NCBI RefSeq assembly: GCF_006345805.1
Contig: NC_042997.1
Span: 171,740,001 to 171,804,000, forward strand
Length of the DNA: 64,000 nt
Reading direction: 5' to 3'
Origin: Octopus sinensis
Lineage: Eukaryota
The notes under the pieces are model-generated. The model was given only the letters and a program-made list of their open reading frames with translations. It was not told where the DNA came from and did no database searches. The stretch's first letter is position 1; each line of letters starts with the position of its first letter. Shown here piece after piece: positions 62,431 to 64,000 of this stretch. A program made the position numbers and the translations under genes.

Positions 62431-63480
62431 ATGCCTCCTAAGAAAAGTTCTGGTGAAAGTGCTAAGCATCATGTTATAACACTAAAGGATAAGTTGTCGA
62501 TGACAAAATGTCATGAAAAAGATGAAAAATTTGTAGCAATCGCGCAATCTTTTGGGGTGAGTTGGACAACTGTATCAATGATTGTGCATAATAAGGACAA
62601 GATCTTAACACATATCACATCTGAAGCCCCAAGGATGAAGAACACTGTCATCAGCAAGAAAAGAAGCAAAATTTTTGAAGAAATGGAAAGTCTTCTATCT
62701 ATTTGGATCAATAGGCAGAATCATCAGAAAGCCACTCTTAGTCAAGAAATCACTCAGGAGAAAGTGTTGTCCTTGTTTGAGGACCTGAAGAAAAAATACC
62801 CAGATGCAAAAGATGTAGAGTTCAAAGCAAGTCAAGGATGGTTTATGAGATTTAAAAACCAGAGAAATTATCACTTCCTAATCCCTTTCGTTACTGTATT
62901 TATTTTGAGATGCTCTGTATTTCTTTCAGTTTCTTTAAAAATAACAAAGAATTTAGTAAAATAATTTAGTCATCATTCAGCTAGTGTTAGGAACATAAAT
63001 TGTGACTAAGGTTGGTGGAAGATTTTAATTCAAAACTTATGAAAACAAGATATTTGTACTCAGAGCCAGAGGTGGTTTCAGCCGGGTTGGTAACGAAAGG
63101 GTTAAGAAGCAAGGTGAAAGCACATCAGCTGATGAACATGCAGCAGCAGAATTTCCTGCAACATTGAAGATCATCAAAGAAAACAAGCAACAAAATAAAG
63201 AAGAAGAGCAAGTTGAACCTGAGCCATGCCACTTCATTAAGAAAAATGCAGCAAGCATTTACACACATCGAAAAAGGTCTTGCTATGTTCAAAGTTATGG
63301 ATTCAAATGCTCAATGCTTTTCCAAGATTATGAGGGCTTGTCACGATGCCTTTGGTCCTTATGAAGTAATCATTGAAAATAAAAGACAGTTCAAGGCACT
63401 CTTGACCAGTACTTTAAATGCATTGAGCGACAGCAAGAACTGCCAGAATCAGCTGTTGATGCTGACGTTGACAATCCTAG
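62431..63480 (+). pseudogene. CENP-B/Tigger transposase relic (HTH domains + C-terminus, DDE core missing, MITE-interrupted)
   Basis: MPPKK...ITLKDKL...EEMESLLSIWI...FKASQGWFMRFKNQRNYHF|KKQGESTSADEHAAAEFPATLKII, then AFTHIEKGLAMFKVMDSNAQ...YEVI. Confidence 0.88.
62883..63101. mobile_element. piggyBac-type MITE, opposite orientation to 30318-30537
   Basis: ccctttcgttactg...ggtaacgaaaggg|TTAA. Left TSD degenerate. Confidence 0.92.
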
Positions 63481-63906
63481 CCATCTACATCAACAATGTA
63501 AACACCTCCGAATTTTACGTATTGCTAAATTTAAAAGACCTTATTTTAAAAAAAATTTTATTACAAAATAATAATTATTTGTTTGTAAGCTTAAAATAGG
63601 TCTTTATTAACTGTGTCATATTGTAAATGCATTCATAAATAACGTACAGCACTGGGGAATGGCTATTAGCAATGTAAACACCACCAAATTGTACATATTG
63701 GTAAATTTAAAATATTTTATTTTTTTTAATGCATTACAAAATAATAATAATAATAAATAATATGTTAATATGTATACATATGTATACATGTATGTGTATA
63801 TATATATATATAATATATATATATATATTATATATATATATGCATATATATACATATATATATATATATATAATATACGTATGTGTATATATCTATATAT
63901 ATATAT

Positions 63907-64000
63907 ATAAATAAATGAAAGAATGGAGTTGAACGACGATTTAACAAAATTCCTTTATTCTCGACATATGTTTCGAAGGCTGCATATTCCTAATTTCGAA
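63907..64000 (-). mobile_element. start of another Penelope-type terminal repeat, cut by the window edge
   Basis: Minus strand ttcGAAAC-atat-GTC-gagaat...ttcaactccattc resembles the 19135-19190 repeat end. Abuts (TA)n. Confidence 0.65.

Larger units (their letters stand above)
61740..63560 (+). mobile_element. Tigger/pogo transposon, internally deleted, right TIR not found
   Basis: TA|cagggatacctc left end. About 90-bp direct repeat (61863-61955, 62104-62195). Transposase relic downstream. Confidence 0.8.

Overview
AT-rich, microsatellite-dense metazoan DNA, almost entirely non-coding and built from nested transposon relics. The repeat families resemble those I recall from Octopus; that assignment is from memory, not a search. 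No host gene can be called with confidence, only a few candidate exons, and most track ORFs are microsatellite or antisense artefacts. Supported content: (1) Penelope-like elements (PLEs), namely a decayed RT + GIY-YIG copy with an inverted terminal repeat (18975-21478), a 3' copy (52878-53775) and fragments; (2) LINE relics of CR1/L2, RTE and R4/Dong type, including a stop-free 396-aa CR1 RT frame (57312-58502); (3) three tRNA-headed SINE families (A, C, D) and an abundant (GAT)n-tailed repeat (B) that is contiguous with an RTE ORF end; (4) mariner, Tigger/pogo and hAT relics plus piggyBac-type, Merlin-like and foldback MITEs, and a Helitron-like end. Main highlights: a complete type I hammerhead ribozyme in the PLE terminal repeat (53485-53571) with a covarying sister copy; a SINE-A/CR1 shared 3' hairpin with compensatory changes; reciprocal filled/empty MITE sites in a tandem duplication; a SINE flanked by 402-bp direct repeats; and a near-perfect 90-bp foldback. 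Coordinates were read by eye, and boundaries of decayed elements are approximate.
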